Assembly: GCA_028023455.1 (NCBI GenBank)
Contig: JAQFVV010000009.1
Coordinates: forward strand, 2,418,001-2,482,000
DNA length: 64,000 nucleotides
Source of the DNA: Epiperipatus broadwayi
Lineage: Eukaryota > Animalia > Onychophora
Direction: 5' to 3'
The notes below the pieces were generated by a model. The model did no database searches. It saw only the letters and a list, made by a program, of their open reading frames with translations, and was not told the origin of the DNA. A program made the translations under genes and the position numbers. Positions 27,085-38,385 of the stretch are shown one piece after another (position 1 is the stretch's first letter; each line of letters begins with the position of its first letter).

Positions 27085-28520
27085 TTGTGTTGGTATTTTG
27101 GTTATATATTAAACCTCATTAATTTTAGACTTCAGGTCATTTCTTTCAAGATATTGTATTACAGCCAAAGTAGGATTAAATAGATGTCCTGTTGTCTTGT
27201 GGTATTCTAGGAAGATCATTGTATCCTAGATTGTCAGATGTTCTTTTATATAAACATTGATGTTGCAAAAGGCTTGTAGAATGGTATACTCAAGATTCTC
27301 CATAATACATCCATTTGGGGAAGCATTTAATTTTATTGAGATTCTCCATAATATATTGATTAACATCCATTTGGGGAAGCATTTAATTTTATCGACAATG
27401 CTGGGGGTGAGGTCAGGTTCAAGTTTATCCTTAGAATTCTTGATTAGTTTATTGGTTGATGGAGGGATACAGAAACTTAGATAAAATATTGGAGATTTTT
27501 GTTAAATGTTTTTGCTAATGGTGATGTGTGGCAAAAGTAGCCATTGTTGGGGGGCTTGAATTTAGTTTTTGTGGTAGAATTGTCTGATTTTTCTTGTTAG
27601 GTGGATGCATTTTAATCTGATGGATGTTAAATTTTTTAAATATACATCTATCTTTGCTTTGTGAGAGGATTCATGTTTGCATAATAGGTGATTACAATAT
27701 AGGAAAAAGGATAAACCTGTGAGTTTGTGAGAATGAGGGGAAGTTGATTTGGGGTGTGAAAATGTGCAAACTTCAAAAGGTTTAGTGCACATTGAGTGTT
27801 CTAGATGACATATGTTGCTCTGTAGAAGTACATCTAAGTATTTCATAGTGTAACATGAGTTTTCCCATTTGATAGTTACAAGTAAGATCAAATGCATCTG
27901 AAGATTTGCTCTGATGTTGTGGATTGAGGACTCTGGACCAGCTATAAAAATATCATCTACATAGCATGTGTATATGAGATCAGGGATGTGTGGTGGATTA
28001 TGTCTTTTTTAAGTGGTTTAAATAGAGACTGGATATGATATCACAGAAGAATAGATCCATTAGCCATCTGTCAATCATATTGTAAGATTGGCTGTTAAAT
28101 ATGGCTATAATATCATTTAGTCAGGAGAGAAACATGAGATTAAATTTCAGTGTATATCAGAGAATAATTGTGTTTGAAGAGCTTGGTTCTGATAATGTTA
28201 ATTGAGTTTTCTATTAACTGAGCCACAAAGTTCGGTGATGACCAAGGAAGCTATTTTATATGTAGATTTAAGTTTTGCATTCTTTATATAGTTTATTAAA
28301 TGAAGACTTAATGGTGTATGTACCATAATTGAATTGTTAGTCAAACATTGGTTGATCATGTTGGCTGTGTTAAAATAATGTACATCTCTGAAGTCCAACA
28401 TGAGTCTGAGTAGTGTATTAGGCTTGTGTACCTTCGCATTGGTGAAGATTCACTATGATGGATGAATATCTTTTATAGTTCTCACTCTTGGTGAAAGCCT
28501 TGTTGAGTATTTGCATAATA
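27085..28520 (-). mobile_element. Penelope-like element (RT plus GIY-YIG) pseudogene
   Basis: Minus-strand motifs in PLE order: AKVHKPNTLLRLM (PKIHKP..PLRPI), IASLVITEL, FNSQSYNMID, IYTCYVDDIF (YVDD at ~27946-27963), KYLDVLL..CTKP..HPKS.SPHSHK, then GIY-YIG-like YIKEH...HKTTGHLFNP...KINEV*YI. Many stops and frameshifts; internal tandem duplication 27293-27392. Confidence 0.88.
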
Positions 28521-28693
28521 ATTCACTGATAAACTTATCTTTATTATGCTTTATGTTATAGACCAGTATTGTTAAAAGATAAAGCTAAAAAAATATTATT
28601 GCAACCTGAATCAAATTTAATTGTGCTTTAAATGCAACTTTGTAAGAGAAAAATAATCAAAGTTGTAGATAATGTAACAAAAAATAATATTAA

Positions 28694-31159
28694 TAGTGAT
28701 CTCCAAACATTTTTGATCGTGTATCTCTAAGACAGAAGAAATAAATATTGTGTACCCCAAAATTGAAAGACCAGAAATCTATTTTGATACTATTGTAAAG
28801 AGGAAATAAGCCTTGTGTCATTATATAATAACCAAACAAATTATTATTACACGTTATATTTTTTTCTCATTACAATTTATTGTAAACAACTGGATTATGT
28901 TTGTTTAATATTTGAAAATTCTGGTTTGATAGTTTCTGGTGTGATACGAAGGTCTAGCTTAGGTTTAATTTATTTCAATATTTGGTTTTAATACTTGTCA
29001 TCACAGAAAATGATACCTCACACAGGTAAGTAGAACCAAACAGTAAGAATGTATCAGTTAATATGCTTCTTATATTGGTATACTCTGATTTCAGTCCCAT
29101 TCACCAATCATGAAGAGATTTTTGCTGAAATTCATTTCATAAATTTTGTATTGCATCCACAATGTCAATTAATTGCTCTTGAGAAAATATTGGAAGGTGT
29201 TCGATTTTTATATTTTCAGCAAATCGTTATAAAATCCATTGAAGTTCTCCATAAGGAAGGTCTGTAAATAAGTCACAAAATTGTTTCTAAATTTTATATA
29301 TATATATATATAAGACTTTTAATTTGTTCCACATTTACATTATTTTCTGCAATGAAATCATACAAGGATGGAAACATTTTCAAACATCCCTTTCTAAAAT
29401 TCTCCCGCCACAGAACTACTTTCTTTTGAAATAAGTTATTTTCTCATTCATTATTAAAATATTACCTTTTCCTTGAAGAGACAAATTAAGTAAGCTTACT
29501 TTTTCAAAAATATCAGCTAGGTAGCATAATAGTAACAGACACTTATCATCACTGAAATTATTGGCAAATTTCTTTTCTTTATCCAGTAAAAAAATGTGTA
29601 ACTTATCTTTCTGTTTTACAAGTCTTTTAAGCACTTTTCCCAAGATAACTAACAAACTGCTGTATTTCTGTGGATACTGCCCATTTCTTGAGATAGTATT
29701 GTAAATATTCTACTATTCAAAGGTCTCATTTTTATAAAATTAATTATGTTGATATGCAGTATTTTGTGTATATCAGGCTCAATTTTTTTTTTTGACGCAA
29801 TAGCTTGTCTTTGAATAATATAGTGAACAAATTTCATGTAGTACTATTTCAATTACCTTTCCTTTGAATCCTTTCTTTGTACCAGTTAAAGCAGTTGCTT
29901 CATCAATAGTTACACTTAAACAGTTTTTACATAAAATATTGCTTTTAACAAAGAAATTATTTACAGTTGAGAAGAAAAGTAGTTTGTGCAATTCATTATT
30001 AAAATATCTAATAAATATCAATAACTAATACATGTTAGCAACATCTGTGCTTTCATCCAGTTGTTTAGCAAATTTTCCACATTGATAATTATTTTTAATA
30101 GTTGCTATACATCTACCAATAGTATTTGCTAATAGGGGAACATATTTTAGTTTATCTGCATATTCTTTTCCATTAATTATTTTTACCCATTTTTACAGTG
30201 GCAGGTATTTCCCCAATGGTATCGCAGCTTTTTGTCTTTTACAATTAAAAATGAAACCTCAAAAGATGTTACCAAATATTTATTATCAATTTTAGTGAAT
30301 AATTGTAAAGGTTTGTGTTCATGTTCAGAATGTTTAATTTTAAAATGTCTTACTAATAGTGATGGCTTCATACAACCATTAGATAGCATCTCATGACACA
30401 ATAAATATATAGAATGAGGTTCATTGTTGACTATAGTCAATAAATCCCCATTTCAAGTAGGCTTCTTGATAATTTCCAACTTTGCTGAGCAAGTTTTTTT
30501 TAAGTTTCAGATCAATGTTTTTATCACTTAATCTGATTGGAAATGAGCTTGTATGACTAAAAGTATCAATCCTATATTTTTCTTGTTGTTCATGTGATGT
30601 AGAAGCATTATTATAAGCATCTTCAACTCATGGTTTCTCTGCAGGAATTTTTTTTAATCATTTATCCATTTTTTGAGAATTAATTTCATAAAATTGAAAT
30701 ATAATTTGCTAATCACTGTACTGATAATATCAAATACTTTTTTCAATATATAAACAATTTTGATAATACTCATTCCCTATTATTAATTTATAATGTAAAA
30801 ATAAGTATGAAAAGATGGAATTACACAGTATGAACATAGGAAACAATATATACAGAGTTGTGTGCAAATGTAATGAACATGCATATACCTCTGCCATTAA
30901 TTAATTTTAAATGAGGGATCACAGGAACACATCCAGTTCACATATTTTCCACCACAATAATTGGAAAACTTTCATCTGATTGGCTTCTAGGTAGTTTGAA
31001 TGAACTTTTGCAGCAGTTAGTACAACTTCAAAACCATGTTATAGTCAGTGATAGAAACTACAATCTAGCTAAAAATTAAGATGCGCATGTTTTTGAAACA
31101 CCCCATTCTATTGACTTGCATACCCCTGGGGTACACACACGCCACTTTGGAGACCCCTG
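28694..31159 (-). mobile_element. hAT transposon relic, Buster/Charlie (ZBED5/SCAND3-like) transposase
   Basis: Fragments CHEMLSNGCMKPSLLVRHFKIKH (BED finger), DEATALTGTKKGF, HYIIQRQAIASKK, LCYLADIFEKVSLLNLSLQG. Termini CAGGGGTCTCCAAA (31159, minus) and TAGTGATCTCCAAA (28694), both with subterminal TGTGTACCCC; TSD not recognisable. Confidence 0.9.
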
Positions 31160-31899
31160 GATTAAAGAACAGAAAAATGAAAATAAATGAAAAATTCTTA
31201 ATAATTCTTCTGTTCTCAGAATTTATGTTACAAAAGATTTACAACAGTATATTAAATATATGTTTTTGAACTTCAAACTACACGTGATCTTAAATTATTT
31301 TTTGTTTTAGTTATTATTATTCTTTTTCTTTTAATTTATTGGTAAATATATAAATACTTTAATTAAAATAAATAAATGTTTTCAAGATATCTATAAATAG
31401 ATTCATGAAAGTTAATTAATTTGTAAAATCAATTTAATAAGTGAAATAAAATAAAAAAGAATTATAAAGCAGTTCACTTTACTCCATCTAATATAAGCTA
31501 GAAAAATCTATGATTATTAGATACATATAAACTCCCCATCCTTAATATTTGAATTCATATCCTGTTTCTGAATTTTGTCTTTATCAATGAAGTCTAGAAT
31601 TCAAAGTTGAAAAGAATGCATATATGCATCCATCAATCGTCTTTAACTCACTTTATCTGTCAAGCTTAAAATATGAAATTCTAATTAGTCTAAGGTTTTG
31701 AATCCAGGTATGAAACTCAGTTCAGTAATTATATATTTTAGTATCTACAATTAACTGTAGGCATCTTATTCCCATGACTAGAAGTGCAACAACAAACTAC
31801 CAAATATCTAGTAATCAATAAGACAAAAACAGTTCTCCACTTTATTATCATCTAGTGTAAACTAGAGTAATCAGTAATTATCAAATACATATAAAATGA

Positions 31900-32314
31900 A
31901 ATTGCTAAGTGTGATACTATGGCAGATCTGCTAGATTTGCTATTAAAAAAATTTGAATAATATTCTCGTTTAAAGAAATATGCAAGGCAATACTATTCTT
32001 TTTGACTACTGCAGTGAATATAGAAATTGAACGATCACTTTCTAAATCACCAAAATAATAATAATAATCATTTTAGAAGTTGCATGACTCAAATTAGACT
32101 ATCTAATTTAAGTGTATTATCTATCGAAAGTAAAATAGTTAAATCTCTTGCTGTAGAAAATATTATAAATCTAGATGCTGGTGTCAAAGTTAAAAAATTA
32201 AACTTAAAATTAATATATTTTAACTTTGAGTTAATAATTTATTTATTTTTAATCAAGATATTACAGGTTAGAGGATGCAAAAAAAATTTGACCAAAAAGC
32301 TAATTACATCACTG
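31900..32314 (+). mobile_element. 3' remnant of a second hAT (Tip100/ZMYM1-like) transposase
   Basis: ILLTTAVNIEIERSLSK followed by RSCMTQIRLSNLSVLSIES (hAT dimerisation motif ERSFS..RSTM.Q.RL..L.LLSIE); possible terminus TACATCACTG at 32305-32314. Confidence 0.75.
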
Positions 32315-32876
32315 TACTTAACAACCAAGTCACATGAAAAGCTTTCTTAGGTAAATGTTTAAACATGTTAGAAATAAAAGTTTAAAGTTCTGAATAAAAT
32401 AATAAAAGTGAAATAATTAAATCATTTCCATTAATAAGTTTATCAAATTTCCTGTACAAAACATTTTAACACGATGGTAATGGAAATTTTGAATTATTAC
32501 ACTACTTGATTAAACCTACTTAACACAAGAATAAACAAAATGAATCAGACATCAAAAAATATGATTGGTTTAAAAATTGTATATTTCTACATAAAATCAT
32601 ACTTACATTATTATAATATAAACATTTTAAATCACTGTTACCAGAAATCTACTAAATAAACAGAATAACAAAATCCAAACATTCATTTTTCAATGAACTA
32701 AATAGAGTCTACCAGAACTTACAATATATTCAATATTACCTTTTTAAGTAATGTTAAATATATAGATATAAAGATAATAAAAGATTCTCAGAATTTTTAA
32801 ATAATTATTATTAAACTATAAATAAATAATATCTTTTATCATATATAGCTAGATTATAAATAATAATATGGCTTAA

Positions 32877-33168
32877 ACCATGGCACATGCGCTTTACAGA
32901 TGGAACACTATTTAAACTGAATACTCCCCTTTCCAAACACGAGATTAAGTCTTTTTAAAAAATAGAATGGATCCACTCTATCTTTTTCACCCAAGTATGG
33001 GCCAATCTAAAGCATATGATTAGTAATTTAAATACTTGATTGGCCCATACATATAGCTTAGGTGATAGAGTGAATCCATTCTATCTTTTAAAAAGACTTT
33101 ATCTTGTGTTTGGAAAGGAGAGTATTCAGTTTAAATAGTGTTCCATCTTAAAGCGCATGTGCCATGGG
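32877..33168. mobile_element. Foldback MITE with piggyBac-like ends
   Basis: TTAA|ACCATGGCACATGCGC ... GCGCATGTGCCATGGG|TTAA; inverted arms of over 100 bp plus inner GTATGGGCCAATC/GATTGGCCCATAC; TTAA at 32873-32876 and 33169-33172. Confidence 0.75.
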
Positions 33169-33915
33169 TTAAGCTGTTATTATTTATAATTTATATAAAA
33201 ACATTGCGCTATATAAATAAAATATTTACATATATAGCTAGATAACAAAGAGCATTTTATTGTATCCAACTATATACTACAATCAACATATCTCTATATA
33301 ATTTCAAGATATGGGTATATTAACAAAACTTATGTAAATAACTTTATCTTTAGAATCTGTATGCATATGTTTAAAAGACTACATTGTAGATACTAAAATT
33401 ATAATAATTCAATAACTATATGCTTCCTCATTTATTCTTCAATCATGTTTGAATGCTCTTGGCAATAGTAATAATAAATAATTTTCAACATTCTATAAAA
33501 ATAAAAAAAAATGTTTTGTGAACTTAAATTTACCAATCATGTGATGTTGTAAATATGCCAAAATATGAAAGTTTAGTTGATTTGAATAATTATAAAATCT
33601 CCTTTATCTACAAAATAAAAATAATAATAAAATATTAAATAGTAATATATAAATAGAAGAATGTTTTCTTGAATATCTTGAAATACTAAATTTTTTAAAT
33701 TCGGGTTTATTCTTATATCTTAAGTAGATGTAACAGTTTCACTATGTGCTGTTAAATGAATTAAATATATTAAGAAAGGCTATTTAAGAAAAGCATAAAA
33801 TGTGCTTCAAGAAATAACTCTAACATTTCAATGTTTTATTTAATCTTTATTTCTACTCTACAACAGCATTAATCTCTATTAATGTGCATTTTTTTATGAA
33901 AACATTATATTGTTT

Positions 33916-34396
33916 TATTACATTCAAATATCAGCCTTTCAAGCTAATTGTGCACGCGCTTTGCGAGTGTTAATAATAAATGAATACTTTCCTTTCCAAT
34001 ACAAGATATAGTATTTATGCAGGAATAAAATGAATCCACTTATTCCTACAACTCAAATGCTTATATACGAGCAAATCTGAAGTACTGGCAAGGAAAGCGT
34101 GAGGATATACCACTCACTTTAAATTACTATTTACGATGTCTGAATGAATGACGTCAGTGAAATTGTCTAGAATTTACTAAACGTCACTCTAACTGAAACT
34201 TAATCATATGTAAATAAGCATTTATTTTTATATAGCGCTGTGTTTACAATTGTATTACATTCAAATATCAGCCTTTCAAGCTAATTGTGCACGCACTTTG
34301 CAAGTGTTAATAATAAATAAATACTTTCCTTTCTAATACAAGATATAGTATTTATGCAGGAATAAAATGAATCCACTTATTCCTACAACTCAAATG
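33916..34396. repeat. Two near-identical 144-bp direct repeats around a 193-bp spacer
   Basis: 33916-34059 and 34253-34396 differ at only a handful of positions. Confidence 0.92.
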
Positions 34397-34810
34397 TTTT
34401 ATTATGTACTTCTATTTATTATATCTACTTCATAATAATATATAAATCAAATTCTTTTAATATTTAATTTTATAGTATACATGGCATTACAACAAGACTT
34501 ACATGGGTAACTATAAAGTCATAAGTTTTTTGCTCTATTATATGACAGTATTGAAATATCTAAGAGGAAAATTATAGTCACAGAAACCAAAAAATATTTC
34601 AAAGATTAATAAACCATAGTTTCATATAAGAAATGACCCTAAATATTAATTTCAAAAAGTTTTAAAAAGCAACCTTGCTTCAAACAAATGTTCACACAAA
34701 TAACCCTATAATGATATATAAGTATTTATTATAGCTTCTCTTTCCAGCACCTCAACAGTCTTGTAATTTCATTATACTTTAAATGATAAAATACCTATTT
34801 ATCTGAAATT

Positions 34811-35022
34811 ACAATATTGCAATTCAAATAATTCTTCTTACACTTTTTTCAGCAAAAACTTTTTTTTATTATTATTATTAGTTTCGCCTGTACCTTGCGG
34901 TCTTCATCAGATCTTAATCTCTTCTTCCACTTCTCTCTATTCTCCATTTTTTACTCAAAACTAATAATAATAAAAAGTTTTTGCTGAAAAAAGTGTAAGA
35001 ATTATTTGAATTGCAATACTGT
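34811..35022 (-). ncRNA. Hammerhead-like motif enclosed by a ~65-70-bp inverted repeat
   Basis: Minus strand CUGAUGA AGACCGCAAGGUACAGGC GAAA CUA AUA then (UAA)n (core at 34876-34910); arms 34811-34884 and 34958-35022 are near-perfect reverse complements. Confidence 0.55.
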
Positions 35023-36755
35023 ATATGATTAAGATAGCAGAAATAAAGGGAAGGAAGAAAGAAAATCTTTAGAAGGATTATCTGAAATTGTTTCATTTTA
35101 CTCCTATTTAGTAATAATATGTCATAAGAATTATATATTTTATTAATAACAACAACAAATAAAAAAATATACATTATTTCTATTGGAATAATTTCTCCAA
35201 TGTTTTCTTTTCGAATGAATTAATTATTGAAGTAATTCCTTTCTGATGTTTTTTTCTTTTGAAGAATTTTAAATGCAGATGTACTTATTAAAATAATTCC
35301 TTCAATGCTTTTTATTTTGCAAAGGATTTTAAGATGATGCAATTATTCCTTTTTAAAGAGAGGAATCATCAATGCAAGTATTCAAACAATAGGTTGTTTA
35401 TTTATAATAAGTTAGTTTTTCCTTGCATTGGGTCACATAAAGTATGGCATTTCCTCTAGGCATTTTCAGTGAAATTAATTTTAAAACATTCATTTTCATT
35501 GACTTATACACTCTTGTTTCATATTGATGTTCCAAAATGTTATCAACTTAAGACAATCCTGAAGAGCTATTACCCTAAAGCAAATGTTTCTTTGGATCTA
35601 AACTTGCATTTCTGAAATGGCTACTATTAAATGATTGTTAATTGAGAACATACAAATATATGGTGAATATCTAGATAAGACAAATGTCAGTCCATATTCA
35701 TATGATTTTGTGCTATTTATAAGTTCCTATTAATGATATACTTTTAAGTTAGCCTTGCTATAGTGATATATTAACTTTCTCAACAGTCACTCAATATTTT
35801 AATCTATTTATTCTTAGAGACAAAATCCTATTGTTTAAATCTCCATAACTATCAATTCAGCATGTAAGAATATCTTTTTAAATAAATCACAGTCATCTTT
35901 GTCAATAAAATACTTCTAATTATATATTATTTAAATATTTTAAAATAAAATATTACAGTTTTAATAAATGTAAAATATATAATTATAAATATTAGTATAA
36001 ATCATTTATTTCTTTTTTATTATTATTTAATATCACAATAAATTATCTCTTTTTTTAAAAAAAAATATTAAATGAAAATTTTATATTAGTGTTCTAAAAT
36101 AATATTTCTATAAATTTAAAATAGGTATAATAAATATTCATGCACATACATACATTCTAAACTAGTTATTTTAATTATTTTAGATCGTTCTAATATTAGG
36201 TATAAGCTAACACAAATATTACTTTATTATTTCTATTATAAAATCATTCATTCCCATATCAAATGTGGTATGTTTTACAGCACATTGAACCTTATTAATT
36301 TTTAACACAGTAAGTGTATTTGAATTATATTTTAAAAAAATCAACTTTAATATTATTTTACTACAAATTCAAAAATTGATACTAAAATTTTCAAAAGGTT
36401 ATAACATATAAAGTTTTCAATTTTAATAATGTCATATTTGCAATAAACTAATAAAAAAAAATTAAATTGTGCATAGTATTAGTCTTAGATTGGTCTTCAT
36501 ATATTGCAAATTTACAGAATATATTGCAAAAATACATTTAATATTGCAGAAATTAAAATCAACAATTGTTATTTAATACTTGCTTTAAGTTTTTAAAAGC
36601 ATATCAATGCATTAAAAATAAGAAAAGTCCATGGAGGAGTTATAAAGAGTATAGTTGATTTATTATTATATATTCACATTTTAGTTTTCTCTTATTTTGC
36701 AATGAGTATTTTAAAATAATCTTAAAAAAACCTAATGTACAACCAATTATATATT

Positions 36756-37490
36756 TGCAATTTATCCATTTTACTTTGAATACTTTTCAGCAAAAAAAAA
36801 TAAATTATTATATAAATGTACACACAATCTTATATTTTGACTATCCTGTAGTCTTCTTCAGAGCTATGATATAAGGACAAAATACAATAAATAACTATAA
36901 AATAATACCATAGCAAATATAAACAATAAAATTCACAAAAAAAAAAAATCAACATAAAATAAAATATAACAAAACCTAATGAAACTAAAATATATAATCA
37001 AAACCAAATAATCCAGATAATATAAAATAAATATAAATTATACATGTGAATTCCTGACTGTGTGAACAACTACTAATTTAAATATATTATTTCTTTTTAT
37101 TATTTTTAATAATCCCCTAATTGTATTCCTAATAAACTTAATCTTTAATTGTATTATCCCCACATTAATAAAATACTTATTATTATTATAATTTTCAGTT
37201 CAACCTAAATTCATTTACTAAAATTATTATTTTTAAATCACATATAATATATTATTTTCTGATTCATGCTTCTGTTACTAATATTTTATATTTATTCTCT
37301 TTTTTTAATATCTAAAAATCATAAATATTATAATCTCTTTTTAACTTTTCCACTCATATTTTAATTTTTTAAAACTTTAAAAAAATATATTTTTTTATAT
37401 TTTTAAATGTGATATGATGTGATGTAATATACTGTAGCTTCTCCTTAAACAAAGTCAATAATCTCTCAGCAATTATGCCCAGAGAAACCT
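36756..37490 (-). mobile_element. Composite repeat: LINE 3' tip + (ATCAC)n + ~650 bp AT-rich extension with decayed hammerhead motif (36825-36869)
   Basis: Reverse complement matches 42960-43396 and then 48488-48808. Motif CUGAAGA A GACUA CAGGA UAGUC AAAA UAUA AGAUUG. Confidence 0.7.
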
Positions 37491-38385
37491 CTATTAAATA
37501 TTATTTAAACTAACTATATCTATAATCACAACAACTATTTTTAATTATACATTATATATATATATATATTAAATACTTTAATTTGCTAATCCATATCATA
37601 TATAACCTTAATTCTCCCTTATAAATTTATATTATGTTTTATACTTGAATGTTATGTGAAGTTTTTTTATATCATTAATATGTATTACTTACAAATACAT
37701 TCATTTTTATACTCCTTTGTAACTCTTTTACAAACATATAATTTATTTCAATATAATTTTCTCTTTATATATCATTTTTAAGAAATATATTTATAATAAT
37801 GTCATCCTAATCCTAGAATCTGTACTAAATTTTGGATTTATCTTTTTTATTAGTAATGCTTCTTTTATTTTTCTTTCCTTAATATTGTCTGTATATAACA
37901 TCATTTTTATTGAACTTTCTATAAATTTATGTCGTGTCCTTCAAATATATATATATATATATTGGTGATTTATTATCTGACATGTTGTATTAACCTTGTT
38001 TTATAGAATTTTTAGTTTCTCCCATATATTTATTTTCAATCCTACAATCTATACATTGTTTGCATTTTATCATATATACTCCATTACTTGCTTCTTTATT
38101 ATCTTTATTATATCCTATGTATTTGTTATCCAGTAAATTTAATAGGTTTTCTCTTTTTTACTACTATTTTTATATTAATTATATAAAAAAAATATGTAAA
38201 GAGAAAATTATTTACAAATAAATTATGTTTGTAAAAAAATGTTTACAAAGGAATATAAATATATTTATATATAATACATATTAATGAGATAAAAAACATA
38301 GCATAACATTCAAATATAAAACAGTATAATATAAAATATAAATTTATAAGAGAGAATTATATAATAATAATGTTATATAAGATAT

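Noticed and set aside
35552-35595. CTGAAGA-GCT(10 nt)AGC-AAATGTT on the + strand
   Set aside because: G12 missing and no helix I pairing; at best a heavily decayed motif, so not listed as a feature.
35280-35700. Possible GIY-YIG remnant upstream of the 34881 hammerhead, and another at 18620-18980
   Set aside because: Only faint motif resemblance amid degenerate repeats; cannot be supported without a profile search.
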